From a virus (lineage: Duplodnaviria > Caudoviricetes): DNA of 34,852 nt. The notes under the pieces were generated by a model. It did not search any database and was not told the DNA's origin. It saw only the letters and a list, made by a program, of their open reading frames with translations. Shown in pieces: positions 1 through 9,003 of this stretch. Positions within the stretch are counted from its first letter, which is position 1; the number at the start of each line of letters is the position of its first letter. The position numbers and the translations under genes were made by a program. The stretch covers positions 1 to 34,852 of the IMG/VR virus record IMGVR_UViG_3300032373_000068; one strand, 5' to 3'.

Positions 1-1
1 G

Positions 2-118
2 CAGCGGGAGAAAGATTGTAAAGCAGTCAAGGTAGCGTATCTTAAGTATCTAAGGGAAAACCAATATAGAGAATTAGTTCCGGCTTCTGTGTTTGATAAA
101 GCATTTTACATCAGCTAG
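2..118 (+). CDS. 3' end of a hypothetical protein (truncated by window start)
   Basis: Only frame 2 is open from the edge: QREKDCKAVKVAYLKYLRENQYRELVPASVFDKAFYIS, TAG at 116-118. Confidence 0.5.
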   Translation, partial: QREKDCKAVKVAYLKYLRENQYRELVPASVFDKAFYIS

Positions 119-133
119 CAGCGAGGGGGAGTG

Positions 134-256
134 ATGCGAGATAAAAATCAGCCAGGCAATGATCTTGTTTTAGTTATTATATTCTTTTTTCTTTTTTTCG
201 CCGGCGGGTTTGCTGTTCAGCTCATCGCATGGATGATTGGTAGAATATTTTCTTAG
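134..256 (+). CDS. small single-pass membrane protein (40 aa; not in ORF track)
   Basis: GAGGGGGAG SD then GTG-ATG; MRDKNQPGNDLVLVIIFFFLFFAGGFAVQLIAWMIGRIFS; its stop overlaps the convergent Rz stop. Confidence 0.55.
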   Translation: MRDKNQPGNDLVLVIIFFFLFFAGGFAVQLIAWMIGRIFS

Positions 257-672
257 TTTTTTTGGATCGCGTCTGCATAGTCATAGCAGGCGATTAAGGC
301 TTTTCTGATTGTGTCTGCTCTGGCAGCTTCCCTTGTAAGAAACTCTGCATCTGGTCCCGAAAGTTCTCGCCCACTGGTACCCTTGCAGTCAGTTTTGGTA
401 TCTCTGGCGCTGTTTCTGCGACTTGGACGGTTCCGCAGGCTGATAAGGTCGCGCTGCATATGAGCATGAATGCTGGCAAGTTCAGTGATCTGAGTCTGAG
501 TGATTTCATTAACTTCATCCTGTTTGATTTTTTCTTGAGCTCTGGCAGCGGCCACGGCCTCATTGATTGCAGTTTGTGTTTTGGCTATCCATTTTGTATC
601 TGTTACCTCTACGCCATAAAAATAACCGCCGATGCATGCGGCAATAGCTCCGAGTATCAGATACTTATTCAT
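253..672 (-). CDS. Rz: inner-membrane spanin (Rz-like)
   Basis: Start moved to MNKYLILGAIAACIGGYFYG (AAGGAG SD). N-terminal TM helix, coiled coil, C-terminal ..EFLTREAARAD..L.AC; last gene of the lysis cassette. Confidence 0.85.
   Translation of the reverse strand: MNKYLILGAIAACIGGYFYGVEVTDTKWIAKTQTAINEAVAAARAQEKIKQDEVNEITQTQITELASIHAHMQRDLISLRNRPSRRNSARDTKTDCKGTSGRELSGPDAEFLTREAARADTIRKALIACYDYADAIQKN
294..518 (-). CDS. Rz1: outer-membrane lipoprotein spanin (Rz1-like), embedded in Rz
   Basis: Alternate frame fully inside Rz; basic N-terminus, hydrophobic stretch, lipobox LSAC, Pro-containing mature part. Confidence 0.75.
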   Translation of the reverse strand: MKLMKSLRLRSLNLPAFMLICSATLSACGTVQVAETAPEIPKLTARVPVGENFRDQMQSFLQGKLPEQTQSEKP

Positions 673-911
673 GCTCCTTTTCGCCTCTCGTTTTGTTCGT
701 AATCGTAATGCTTTTTCCCGCTGCAGATGATTTCGTGCTTTATTGATATGTCCCTGGCAATAAGAATGTAACACGCGCTGACGGCAACGATGGTCAGTAT
801 TGTTTCATCACCAGAGATATCCAGCTCAAATAAAAGCCAGAGCGCGAGAGAGTTTAGAAGAGCTCCAACAGCCATGTATAGGGTCAGCATATTTACGGTT
901 CTTTTCCGCAT
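669..911 (-). CDS. two-TM membrane protein in the lysis cassette
   Basis: Start MRKRTVNML directly after the holin stop (AGGAGG SD); two hydrophobic helices; ATGA overlap with Rz. Confidence 0.65.
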   Translation of the reverse strand: MRKRTVNMLTLYMAVGALLNSLALWLLFELDISGDETILTIVAVSACYILIARDISIKHEIICSGKKHYDYEQNERRKGA

Positions 912-912
912 G

Positions 913-1221
913 TTACTTTCCTCCTTTTTTAATAAAAATAGCGAACAATGCTCCAGCCCCATCTCTCGCCACCATTGATACAATTGATAGTGCCATTATT
1001 CCAGCAAAAAAACCGGCAGGAAATGCAAAAATTTCATAATTGTAATGAATTGCTATGAGATATGTGGACCAGCCCACAGGCAGAGCGGCAAAAAATAACA
1101 ATGCAAACTGTTTGGTTTTTGGTACTTCTGGATCCACGTTTAATAAAATCCTTAATAAACCACCAAGGCCGGCGGACAGTCCTCCGATGAGCTCTTTGTC
1201 TGAAAAGTTCGATAGATCCAT
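913..1221 (-). CDS. putative holin
   Basis: 102 aa, about 3 TM segments, basic C-terminus KKGGK; lies between endolysin and spanins. Confidence 0.7.
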   Translation of the reverse strand: MDLSNFSDKELIGGLSAGLGGLLRILLNVDPEVPKTKQFALLFFAALPVGWSTYLIAIHYNYEIFAFPAGFFAGIMALSIVSMVARDGAGALFAIFIKKGGK

Positions 1222-1243
1222 GTTTTTTCCTTATTTATTATTA

Positions 1244-1660
1244 CTATCGCCGGTCCCATCTTGTCATTGTAGACCTTGAGTCAAGATGTGTTCGGCCATT
1301 ATATCTGCCGATTCCGCAGCTGTCTGAATGTTTTGATTCAAGATAATCAGCGACTTCATCGTCGTCAATATGGTCGCCAGTTTTATAATCACCTGTGTTT
1401 TTGTCATACAGGAAAAAATCATCAGCTTTGTAGTGGGTGTGCTGGCTTGTTCTCGATGCACCTTTTATTGTCGAATTGTATTCCGGGCAACGATTTCCAC
1501 TGTTGATGTGTATAGCTATTTTTTTATCTTGATACTTGTCTTGAAAGTGATCGACGCAGTCCTGCAGGTTCTGCACCTGGACATGGTCGTGCGTGTCCTC
1601 GTTACACCCACACGGGCATTCTATTTCCCATCTGCTTAGACTTCTGCTTAAGTTTCCCAT
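1244..1660 (-). CDS. endolysin, peptidase M15 family (Zn D-Ala-D-Ala peptidase fold)
   Basis: Start MGNLSRSLSRWEIECPCGC (TAATG coupling at 1660); motifs SGNRCPEYN, SQH....A.D, GIGRY...HLDSR. Confidence 0.9.
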   Translation of the reverse strand: MGNLSRSLSRWEIECPCGCNEDTHDHVQVQNLQDCVDHFQDKYQDKKIAIHINSGNRCPEYNSTIKGASRTSQHTHYKADDFFLYDKNTGDYKTGDHIDDDEVADYLESKHSDSCGIGRYNGRTHLDSRSTMTRWDRR

Positions 1661-2943
1661 TAGCTGTTTTCTCTCCAGGTAATTGATCCGCGAACAGTTA
1701 TATTTGACGTAATTGGCGCACAACACAGGACAAGCTCGTCAAAGTCGTCCTTTGCAATGTTGGCACCAAGTTTTAGTGAATTATCTATTGCATTGCTGGT
1801 TGGCGTGGCTGTTGAAAAAAAATCTGAATCGACTTGGTGGCCGTTTGTAACAGTGTTTGTATTATCCGTTGCCTTAGCTACCTGGACCACTGAGTCGGTT
1901 TCGTCGCTGTAGGTAAAAACGCCGGCTATCGTTGGATTCCACATCAGCCTCCATTGCGCTTGATCGTTGCTGGTTGATGCGATCATGGCTATTTTTTTTA
2001 AGATGACAGATGCGTCATAATTTCCTGCCTTTAGCTTAAACCCTACAATAGCATACAAAGCTGTATTGGCTAGTGATGCCACAGGACCTGTGCTGGCCGA
2101 TCTTAGCGGCCCGTTTTCCTGAGTCCCTCCCTCAGACATTACTGAGCTGCAGATGTGCTCGATTTCGGCTGCTGAGGCGTAATTTCCATCGTTAGCGATC
2201 CAATATCGAACAGGCAGGTTTGGCGTGCTCATATAGACGCCCTGCTCGTTGTTTGCCCACATGAATTGATGCACGTAATATGGCGTTCCGTCGATTACAA
2301 AGCCTATGCGTACACGGCCGACGCCTAACCACTCCATGTCTATAAGAAAAATCATAGACTTTGAGAAATCCATAGTTATTTTCGATGCCCCGCTTCCGTT
2401 CATCTTGTCAAGGTTCCAGTCGGACTGGGCCACATCAATATCAACAGTAGAGCCTGTGGTTGCTGTCCGGCGTCGTATAATAATTTCCCCATCGCTATCA
2501 ACAAGAAAAAATCCGTTTCTTTCATCCCCTAAGCCGACCCCTCTTTCCAGTCCTGCCCCTCCTGTCGCCGTTTTTAGCAGCGTGCCTGTAATAAGGGCGA
2601 GTTGTGATTTGCCTGGCTGGTAGTTAAAGCGCTGGAATGTCTGCCTAATAATTGACTCATTAGTTGATGCATCGACGTCCATGATCGTGGATGCGCCGCT
2701 TTGTGACCATGTCCCGGCCGCCGCTCCAGTAATTAATTCGTCCCAGAATAGCGGGGCCTTAGAGTGTATCTGCTTGCTATCGAATAGAGTCTCAGGCTCT
2801 GACACGCGAAGCCTTGCGAATGCGTCTAAGTTTGCCGTGTTGGGTGAAAATGCAACGGGCAAAGGGGAGTTATTTGATACCCGCTGAGGCTGGTCTTTTT
2901 CAAGACTGTGATAGTGGACCTCAGTTGGGCTGACTGTACTCAT
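1660..2943 (-). CDS. conserved phage virion/tail-associated protein, beta-rich (lectin-like fold possible)
   Basis: 427 aa; VSNNSPLPV, DAFARLRVSEPETLFDS, YQPGKS and EWLGVGRVRIGFVIDG motifs that I recognise from a widespread phage structural family. Confidence 0.65.
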   Translation of the reverse strand: MSTVSPTEVHYHSLEKDQPQRVSNNSPLPVAFSPNTANLDAFARLRVSEPETLFDSKQIHSKAPLFWDELITGAAAGTWSQSGASTIMDVDASTNESIIRQTFQRFNYQPGKSQLALITGTLLKTATGGAGLERGVGLGDERNGFFLVDSDGEIIIRRRTATTGSTVDIDVAQSDWNLDKMNGSGASKITMDFSKSMIFLIDMEWLGVGRVRIGFVIDGTPYYVHQFMWANNEQGVYMSTPNLPVRYWIANDGNYASAAEIEHICSSVMSEGGTQENGPLRSASTGPVASLANTALYAIVGFKLKAGNYDASVILKKIAMIASTSNDQAQWRLMWNPTIAGVFTYSDETDSVVQVAKATDNTNTVTNGHQVDSDFFSTATPTSNAIDNSLKLGANIAKDDFDELVLCCAPITSNITVRGSITWRENS

Positions 2944-2952
2944 CTTTTACTC

Positions 2953-3441
2953 CTAAAACTCGAATGTTATACCCATTGACACCAGGTCTAATGGGTTGTT
3001 TTTTGGTATGTGGCTTCTGTCTAATACGCGCCTGCCGTTTGAGAAATGATCCCAGTACAGGCCCCAGTGTACATTCTTAGCTATTGCGTGATTCCCTACC
3101 AGCGCCGCGCCCAGATGGAAATTAAACTGCTCGCTATCATTAATCGCTTTTTCTGCCATCGCGTATCCAAAGGTTAGGCGTATGGTTCCTGCGTCTGGCC
3201 TGTGTAGTGCCTTGTATGTAAAATCGATACCCGCAATTCGGTTACTTACCAAGTCTTTGTCATTATGCAGCTCGATACCGAAAATACTCAGGCAGGATGT
3301 GCAGTCGCTCTGCTCTAACCAGATGCCACCAAAGTTCGTATCGTCAGGCTCGTCCGATGCGACCATGCCGTATTTCAGGATGATGTCGCTGTGTGCGTTA
3401 AAGCTTGTAAGTATAAATATAATTGCGAGTAGTTTTTTCAT
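2953..3441 (-). CDS. pagL: PagL-like lipid A 3-O-deacylase / acyloxyacyl hydrolase family outer-membrane beta-barrel
   Basis: Sec signal peptide (MKKLLAIIFILTSFNAHS); alternating beta-strand pattern; QFNFHLGAAL; H-F-S-N-G motif; downstream N-x-x-x-D; C-terminal Phe (GITFEF). Confidence 0.7.
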   Translation of the reverse strand: MKKLLAIIFILTSFNAHSDIILKYGMVASDEPDDTNFGGIWLEQSDCTSCLSIFGIELHNDKDLVSNRIAGIDFTYKALHRPDAGTIRLTFGYAMAEKAINDSEQFNFHLGAALVGNHAIAKNVHWGLYWDHFSNGRRVLDRSHIPKNNPLDLVSMGITFEF

Positions 3442-3453
3442 GGCTAATTTTCC

Positions 3454-4323
3454 TTATGGTATGGCTGTTATGCTGTAGGTGTTACTTAAAAACGTTTTTA
3501 ATCGGCTTTTTAGTAACTGTGCTTCGGCAAGCGTAAGGTTTTCAGTGACCCCCCACGCGCTGAATCTTGCAGAATACGGTCCGCCGGCATTAGTTCCAAA
3601 TCGAGCATCATTGACGCCGTGGTTGTCTGCGCCAATATACACCTCATTTCCACCTGATGCCGCATTTGTGGCGCCCGTTACTGTGCTAGTCGATGCGTTT
3701 CTGGTGAAAAATGCATCATCCACATCTGCCGGGTTTTGGCTCGTTAATGAAAAGCCATTTGTTAGCCCGGCCACAGTGGCTGCTGCTGAGCCATTAACTT
3801 GACCGCCCACATTTGTGGAGCCTTTGAATGCGGTCGTCTTTACTGCTCTAAAGCCGTTCGCAAAGCCGGCTAAAAAAACATTCTCAGTTGATCCGCCAGA
3901 GCTGTATGCATGATCAACCTCAAACACGCCGCAATCGTTAGCGTTTCCACGGGTTATTTGTGTGTTAATGCATACGCCGGTGCCACCTAGACTTTCATTG
4001 TCTGTTGCGCCTGTTGTAATACCGGCCGTGTTTCCGGGGCCGACCGAATGCGTCAAAGTCCCGCCGCCTGAAAATAGATCATATTCTGCCGAGTCTGAGC
4101 TTCCCTTAATGCCGAGCAGGCTGTCGGCCAAGTTGTCATGCAGGATACAGAAGTCTACGATTTTGTCCCAGATGTCATCTTCTTTAAGTCCGACAATAAG
4201 GTCTAAAATTTCAGCGTTTAATGTGGCGTTTGATTTGTCCGTCATGCGACCAAGGTGGGCATCGAAGTCTGAATCCGTACCACCTGTCAATATAAAGCCA
4301 TAACCAAAGGATGCCCCGCTCAT
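3454..4323 (-). CDS. tail-associated protein (Gly/Thr/Ala-rich, LamG/lectin-like C-terminus possible)
   Basis: 289 aa, ATGA-coupled to the tail fibre gene; ends ..AWGVTENLTLAEAQLL.., reminiscent of LamG-type domain ends. Confidence 0.5.
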   Translation of the reverse strand: MSGASFGYGFILTGGTDSDFDAHLGRMTDKSNATLNAEILDLIVGLKEDDIWDKIVDFCILHDNLADSLLGIKGSSDSAEYDLFSGGGTLTHSVGPGNTAGITTGATDNESLGGTGVCINTQITRGNANDCGVFEVDHAYSSGGSTENVFLAGFANGFRAVKTTAFKGSTNVGGQVNGSAAATVAGLTNGFSLTSQNPADVDDAFFTRNASTSTVTGATNAASGGNEVYIGADNHGVNDARFGTNAGGPYSARFSAWGVTENLTLAEAQLLKSRLKTFLSNTYSITAIP

Positions 4324-5087
4324 GCGTCATTGCCTGCGTCGATAGTGTAAAACAGTTTTATGCCGATCAGTATTGCGTCGTCTGCATAGGTGTCTGCTCC
4401 GTTTGTTGGGTCCCTGTAGACTCTGAAAAAGCACATTTCATCAACGGCTGGCGCTCCTGCAATGGTGATTGCGCTAGATGCCGCGCTTACCATGATGTCC
4501 TCTGCCGTGCCGCTATGGGTGTCAGTGACTTCCTGAGCCGTACCGTATGCCACGTCGATGGTGTCGCTATCGCCGCATGATACGCCTTGAATGCCCCATA
4601 CAACACCTGTGGCTGATGCGGTTGAGCCTGTCCAGAAAAACTGCGCGGTGATTGTGCCCTCATTCCACTGTTTTGGCATAGCGATTTGAAATTGCGCGTA
4701 TTCCTGGCTGGTGTCATCGAACGGGGCGCCGACGATGTCAGGGCGTCCCGATGTTGTTTCTGTTGCCCCTGTAAATCCAGAGCCATTGCTAACAGTGGGG
4801 CGCAGACCAGCGGCGGGGACAAAAATTGTTTGAGTGTTGATTAATTGCTGGTAGCGCAGGAATTCGCCGGCAGCTGATGCGGCAGCTACACCTGTGAATT
4901 TAAATCCACCCATGGGTATATTAGCCGATGGTGAGTTTTCGCCGTTACGGTTTAAACAGGCCTCAAGTCCGGTTGCGTAGTTGTCAAATTCTGCATCCAT
5001 CCGGCTGGCCGTGATATCGATCGCTGCATCTCGGTCATTAACCCAGTTGTGTTCGCGGTCAAAGCCGCCTGATCCGTCCCATCCCAT
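4320..5087 (-). CDS. tail fibre/adaptor protein with podoviral N-terminal anchor
   Basis: N-terminus MGWDGSGGF..I.ASRMDAEF...ATGL..CL.RNG...P.ANIPMGGFKFTG typical of fibre anchors that follow ejection genes; beta-sandwich-like C-terminus. Confidence 0.7.
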   Translation of the reverse strand: MGWDGSGGFDREHNWVNDRDAAIDITASRMDAEFDNYATGLEACLNRNGENSPSANIPMGGFKFTGVAAASAAGEFLRYQQLINTQTIFVPAAGLRPTVSNGSGFTGATETTSGRPDIVGAPFDDTSQEYAQFQIAMPKQWNEGTITAQFFWTGSTASATGVVWGIQGVSCGDSDTIDVAYGTAQEVTDTHSGTAEDIMVSAASSAITIAGAPAVDEMCFFRVYRDPTNGADTYADDAILIGIKLFYTIDAGNDA

Positions 5088-5122
5088 TTCATTTTCCTCG
5101 TTCGTATGTAAAGATATTGCTC

Positions 5123-5314
5123 ATGGTTGAGATCATAGCAAGAATCATCGGGTTTTCACTGTTTGCCGTTGCCTGGCTGTTTATAGGCAAGGCTGGCGTT
5201 TTTGTGTTTTTGGCTATCACAATCATTGTGTACTTCCTTTTTCGTCATCGCCTAGAGCCTGAGCAGCACCAATCGCGCTCAATCCCCCGACTGGACCACC
5301 AACACGACCGATAG
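5123..5314 (+). CDS. possible small antisense-oriented membrane protein
   Basis: MVEIIARIIGFSLFAVAWLFIGKAGVFVFLAITIIVYFLFRHR..: two TM helices fill the gap between tail fibre and ejection genes; weak SD; 92-nt overlap with the convergent gene. Confidence 0.4.
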   Translation: MVEIIARIIGFSLFAVAWLFIGKAGVFVFLAITIIVYFLFRHRLEPEQHQSRSIPRLDHQHDR

Positions 5315-7463
5315 CCTGATCTCTGGTTTTCGTTCCTGCTTTCTTTATTGCATCCAACGTTCGTTTGCTTGGGTTTACTGCGTCTTGAGCCAGTTCCCGC
5401 ATGTATGCGTCGGATAGTTGCTTTTTGGCCTGTGTGCCGCCTTTTCTGACGACCTCAGCCCCAACTCTTGCCCCTGGTGATGGCGCTCGCTGGAGTATTT
5501 CGGCAATCATATTTGATGCTCGCTCGATAGCCGGTGCAGATGGGCCATACCCGAGCGCTGTGCTGCCTGCGCTGTCGATGATCGGTGTTCGAATTCGGCC
5601 AAGTTTCATTATGTCTAAAATCTCGGTGATTTCATCTGGCTCAAACAATATATTCAGCTTGCCTTTTTGGGTGTAGCCGTCGATTACATTCTTAAAAGCT
5701 TTCTCATTCCACAGCTGGTCGCCGAGCTGAGTTTTGCCGCCTTTGGTGGCTGCATCAATGCCGTCCTGCACTATTTGTGCTCGCATGTTATTCCAGATCA
5801 TGCGACCGTCATCGTCGCCCATCTCAACCATAAATTGCTTCAATCGCTTCAGGTCATCCACGCCGCCTAGCATTATCCGGTCCAGGGCGCGGTCTGGTGT
5901 AATGCTCCCATCATAGAGTTTTTCCAGAATATTGGCTCCGCGCTTCTGTAGTTTGTGTTGTTTGAAATCAGTATATAGAGCGTGAAATTTACGTTTAGCC
6001 GCTCGGGCCGCAAGAAATTCGTCTTTACCCAGATAAGCAAAAACGTCTTTATCGAGCGCGTCTTTTGCCTGGGTTGCCAGCATGCGGGCGGTTGGGTTGC
6101 CGTCGGCATAGATTTGATTCAGATTCTTTCTGATTTCTTCTGCTACATCTGCGCTCACACGCCCTACCATTTTCCCTTGTTTGTTAATGACGCCGCGAGC
6201 CTGCAGGTCGCCCCACATATTTTTAATTGCGCCCTGACTCATTTCGTTTTTTGACGAGTTTTGCTTTATCCAGCTAAACAGATTTGGCGTCTTGATTATT
6301 TTCTGCTCTGGAAGGCGATCACGTACGGCTTTGTAGTATTGCGACACAGCTGCGTCATCAGCCAGTGCTCGCTTTGTCACATAATCGCTTACATCGGCCG
6401 ACGTGGACTGTCTTAGGTTGGTTATTCCGCCTGTTTTGCCCTTTATGGCGTCCGCTTTCGCTATCATCTGTTGATTTTGTGAGTCTAGGCGCTGTGTAAG
6501 GTTCTCGCCGACGTCAGAACGGGCTACTTGTTGCTGGTCTGCAAAGTCGGTTCGTTTCTGTGTTAGCTGCGCCTTGGTTGGCTTCATGCCTTGTTTGGTC
6601 ATAAAGTTATAACGATCCGCTGCTTCTTTGCTAAGCACGCCGGTCTTTTCTAACTCGCCTCGCATGATGTCGTCGAGCATATCTGGATCCACATCATTTT
6701 TGCGTAGCATCTCGATGCCGTCGTCTGTCCATTGCTCGCCATCAAAATATTTGGCTACATCGTCTGTTTTGCCGAATAATTTATTCCATGCGCGGCCCAC
6801 AAGCGGGGTCAGCATACGTCCGGCCAGCTCGCCTCCCATTGCAAAGGCCGAGGCAGTTAACACTGTGCCGTAGTCGTATCCTTCGTCTGCGCCCGATAGT
6901 GCTTTTTTGGCCTGGTACATCGATTCGTTGATGCCTTCGACTAGACCGAACCGTGCGGCCTGATTGATCATGGTTTTACCGGCTGATGCGTATCCGCCGC
7001 CTGCTGCTGCAGGAAGTATTCTACTTAACCCAATCACGCCAAGGTCTACATCGTTCAGGCTTGGTCCCGGCTTGTTGAAGTAGAACGGCTCGCCGTCTGC
7101 AACAACAATCGGATTGCCATGTTGATCTTGATCAAGATTTAATTTTTTGTCTTTCGCCCAGTGCGATTTTTTAACAATGTTGTACATGCCGACGGGCGTG
7201 TCTGCCAGCTGAAAATCACCGGTAGGCCCTGCGCTGGTAGGTGATGCGGGGAGTTCTCCATAGTCTTCTGCGGGTGGACTCATGACGCCGCCAATCATGT
7301 CCTTTGCTCTATCCCATGTGGTGGTTTCTGGCGTCGCAGGTATTGTCGCGGCCTGTGTTTGCGTAGGTAACGGGTCACCAAACTCATTAAGTTTTTTCTG
7401 AGTCTGAGCGGGCGCACTACCTGGCTTAGCGTCAATTGGGTCACCAAATTCGTTCAATTCCAT
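5223..7463 (-). CDS. large DNA ejection (internal virion) protein
   Basis: 746 aa, helical and Ala/Gly-rich; last and largest gene of the ejection cluster; N-terminal repeat LNEFGDP x2. Confidence 0.7.
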   Translation of the reverse strand: MELNEFGDPIDAKPGSAPAQTQKKLNEFGDPLPTQTQAATIPATPETTTWDRAKDMIGGVMSPPAEDYGELPASPTSAGPTGDFQLADTPVGMYNIVKKSHWAKDKKLNLDQDQHGNPIVVADGEPFYFNKPGPSLNDVDLGVIGLSRILPAAAGGGYASAGKTMINQAARFGLVEGINESMYQAKKALSGADEGYDYGTVLTASAFAMGGELAGRMLTPLVGRAWNKLFGKTDDVAKYFDGEQWTDDGIEMLRKNDVDPDMLDDIMRGELEKTGVLSKEAADRYNFMTKQGMKPTKAQLTQKRTDFADQQQVARSDVGENLTQRLDSQNQQMIAKADAIKGKTGGITNLRQSTSADVSDYVTKRALADDAAVSQYYKAVRDRLPEQKIIKTPNLFSWIKQNSSKNEMSQGAIKNMWGDLQARGVINKQGKMVGRVSADVAEEIRKNLNQIYADGNPTARMLATQAKDALDKDVFAYLGKDEFLAARAAKRKFHALYTDFKQHKLQKRGANILEKLYDGSITPDRALDRIMLGGVDDLKRLKQFMVEMGDDDGRMIWNNMRAQIVQDGIDAATKGGKTQLGDQLWNEKAFKNVIDGYTQKGKLNILFEPDEITEILDIMKLGRIRTPIIDSAGSTALGYGPSAPAIERASNMIAEILQRAPSPGARVGAEVVRKGGTQAKKQLSDAYMRELAQDAVNPSKRTLDAIKKAGTKTRDQAIGRVGGPVGGLSAIGAAQALGDDEKGSTQ

Positions 7464-8767
7464 TAGCGCTGCACCTTGTAGACAATTTTCCCAGTTTGTC
7501 GATCACGATATGGGGCACCGACTGGCAATTGACTATGGCTCTGCTTATCCTCCGGCATTGGCAATAAGAAATATTTTTTATATGTCATGCGGTCATTGTT
7601 CAGCGTGTAGCTGCCCGTTTCAGCGTTAGGGTCAAATATTGGATTTGCTTCGATATATTGATTCCACTTGCTGCCTGCACCTTCAAGATGCTGATTGACT
7701 AGCTTGTAATCTTTCATGAATTCAATTTTATCTAATCCGTTTTGCTTTGATACCTTGAGTCCTAATCCGACGTTCTCGTTAGCTTCAGGGTCTTTATTAG
7801 TGCCAAGTGTCGCGCTTCTGAACATAGCGGTATCGCGCTCAGACGCCGAACCTGGAAGGCCCTGTCTCATGCCCGGTGTCATTTTATCGGTGATGGATTG
7901 CATTTCCTGAAAATCTGCATCAGCCAGCGATCGAACAGCCTTGGCTCCGGGGACGTCCATAACCTTGCCGGTATAATTTGATTTATTCAGGTATAGGAAT
8001 CGATCAATATCGCCCAGCGTGTCCGCATACGTTTTTGCTTCGGATTCCATCGCACCAAGGCGCTTATCAGCTTCAAACCCATATTTCACGCGGGCCTTGT
8101 CTCGCTCTTTGGGGTCGCCAATATTAGCCCATGGAGCACGGATAGCTAGTGGCGCTCCGACTTGTTCTGATACGGCTTTGTTCGCTTTTCGCTCGCTGTC
8201 CGCCTCTGACGATGGCTGGCCTGGCCCCATATTGATTTCGGTTTGCGCTTTTGCTCGATACCCTGGTCCTAGTGGCTGATACTTTGCTGGATTAGTGTTC
8301 GGGAAAAAGACCTGCTGACGCTGATCTGGTTTGCCTTCGACGCCCACAGTCGCAGTGCCATAGCTTGGCGGCGTCATTGCTTGTTGTATTTGCATTTGCG
8401 ACGCCATACCGGCCGTGTCTGGGTTAGTCATCATGTGCGCGAGCATGGCCTTTTGATTCTGTCCTGTGCCGAGCTGGGTTTGCTGTGGGCCTTGAGGGCT
8501 GTAGTTTGGCGTGTCGCCTCTGTACTCGGCAAGCGCTTCCATCATGGTGTTCTGAGCGCCTTGCTGACGGTTTTTCATATCCGTTTCGCCTTGCTTCATT
8601 ACCTTTGCGCCGGTGTAGGCGTTCAGCATGTTGGCGAGCACATCAAATGGGTGTTTTGCTTGCCCGCTGGTACCGCGCTGCATCAACATATTTGCAATGG
8701 CTTGTTTGCGATTATCTGTCGATGTAGGTGCTACCATTGGTTTGAAATAATTCATTGCTTGCGCCAT
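7463..8767 (-). CDS. DNA ejection (internal virion) protein
   Basis: Gln/Met-rich N-terminus, GSASERD motif, C-terminal LPVGAPYRD..GK; start placed at the TAATG coupling with GAGGGG SD (ORF track start 8791). Confidence 0.7.
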   Translation of the reverse strand: MAQAMNYFKPMVAPTSTDNRKQAIANMLMQRGTSGQAKHPFDVLANMLNAYTGAKVMKQGETDMKNRQQGAQNTMMEALAEYRGDTPNYSPQGPQQTQLGTGQNQKAMLAHMMTNPDTAGMASQMQIQQAMTPPSYGTATVGVEGKPDQRQQVFFPNTNPAKYQPLGPGYRAKAQTEINMGPGQPSSEADSERKANKAVSEQVGAPLAIRAPWANIGDPKERDKARVKYGFEADKRLGAMESEAKTYADTLGDIDRFLYLNKSNYTGKVMDVPGAKAVRSLADADFQEMQSITDKMTPGMRQGLPGSASERDTAMFRSATLGTNKDPEANENVGLGLKVSKQNGLDKIEFMKDYKLVNQHLEGAGSKWNQYIEANPIFDPNAETGSYTLNNDRMTYKKYFLLPMPEDKQSHSQLPVGAPYRDRQTGKIVYKVQR

Positions 8768-9003
8768 TATCGGCCCCTCATATTCATCCACTGGCCCACT
8801 GGTATGCCCTGTGGTCCGAAATCGTTATTAAGTCCCCAGTCACCCAGGTTCTTATTCGTCATGCCCTGCTTGAACGCCATGTTTTTCACTATGTCATTGA
8901 TGTTCTGAAAGGGAGCGTTTTGTTGTTGCGAGAGCATGTTTGCCAGTTGCATACGCTGATCTGGCTGCTTGAGTAGCTGCATTGGTTCGCCTGTATATGT
9001 CAT
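8767..9003 (-). CDS. small Gln/Met/Asn-rich protein, probable ejection-cluster component
   Basis: 78 aa, TAATG-coupled on both sides; QRMQLANMLSQ resembles RKQAIANMLMQ in the next gene. Confidence 0.6.
   Translation of the reverse strand: MTYTGEPMQLLKQPDQRMQLANMLSQQQNAPFQNINDIVKNMAFKQGMTNKNLGDWGLNNDFGPQGIPVGQWMNMRGR

Noticed and set aside
182-198. T-rich tract as terminator or phase-variable site
   Set aside because: It is explained by Phe/Leu codons of the small membrane ORF, and there is no GC stem before it.
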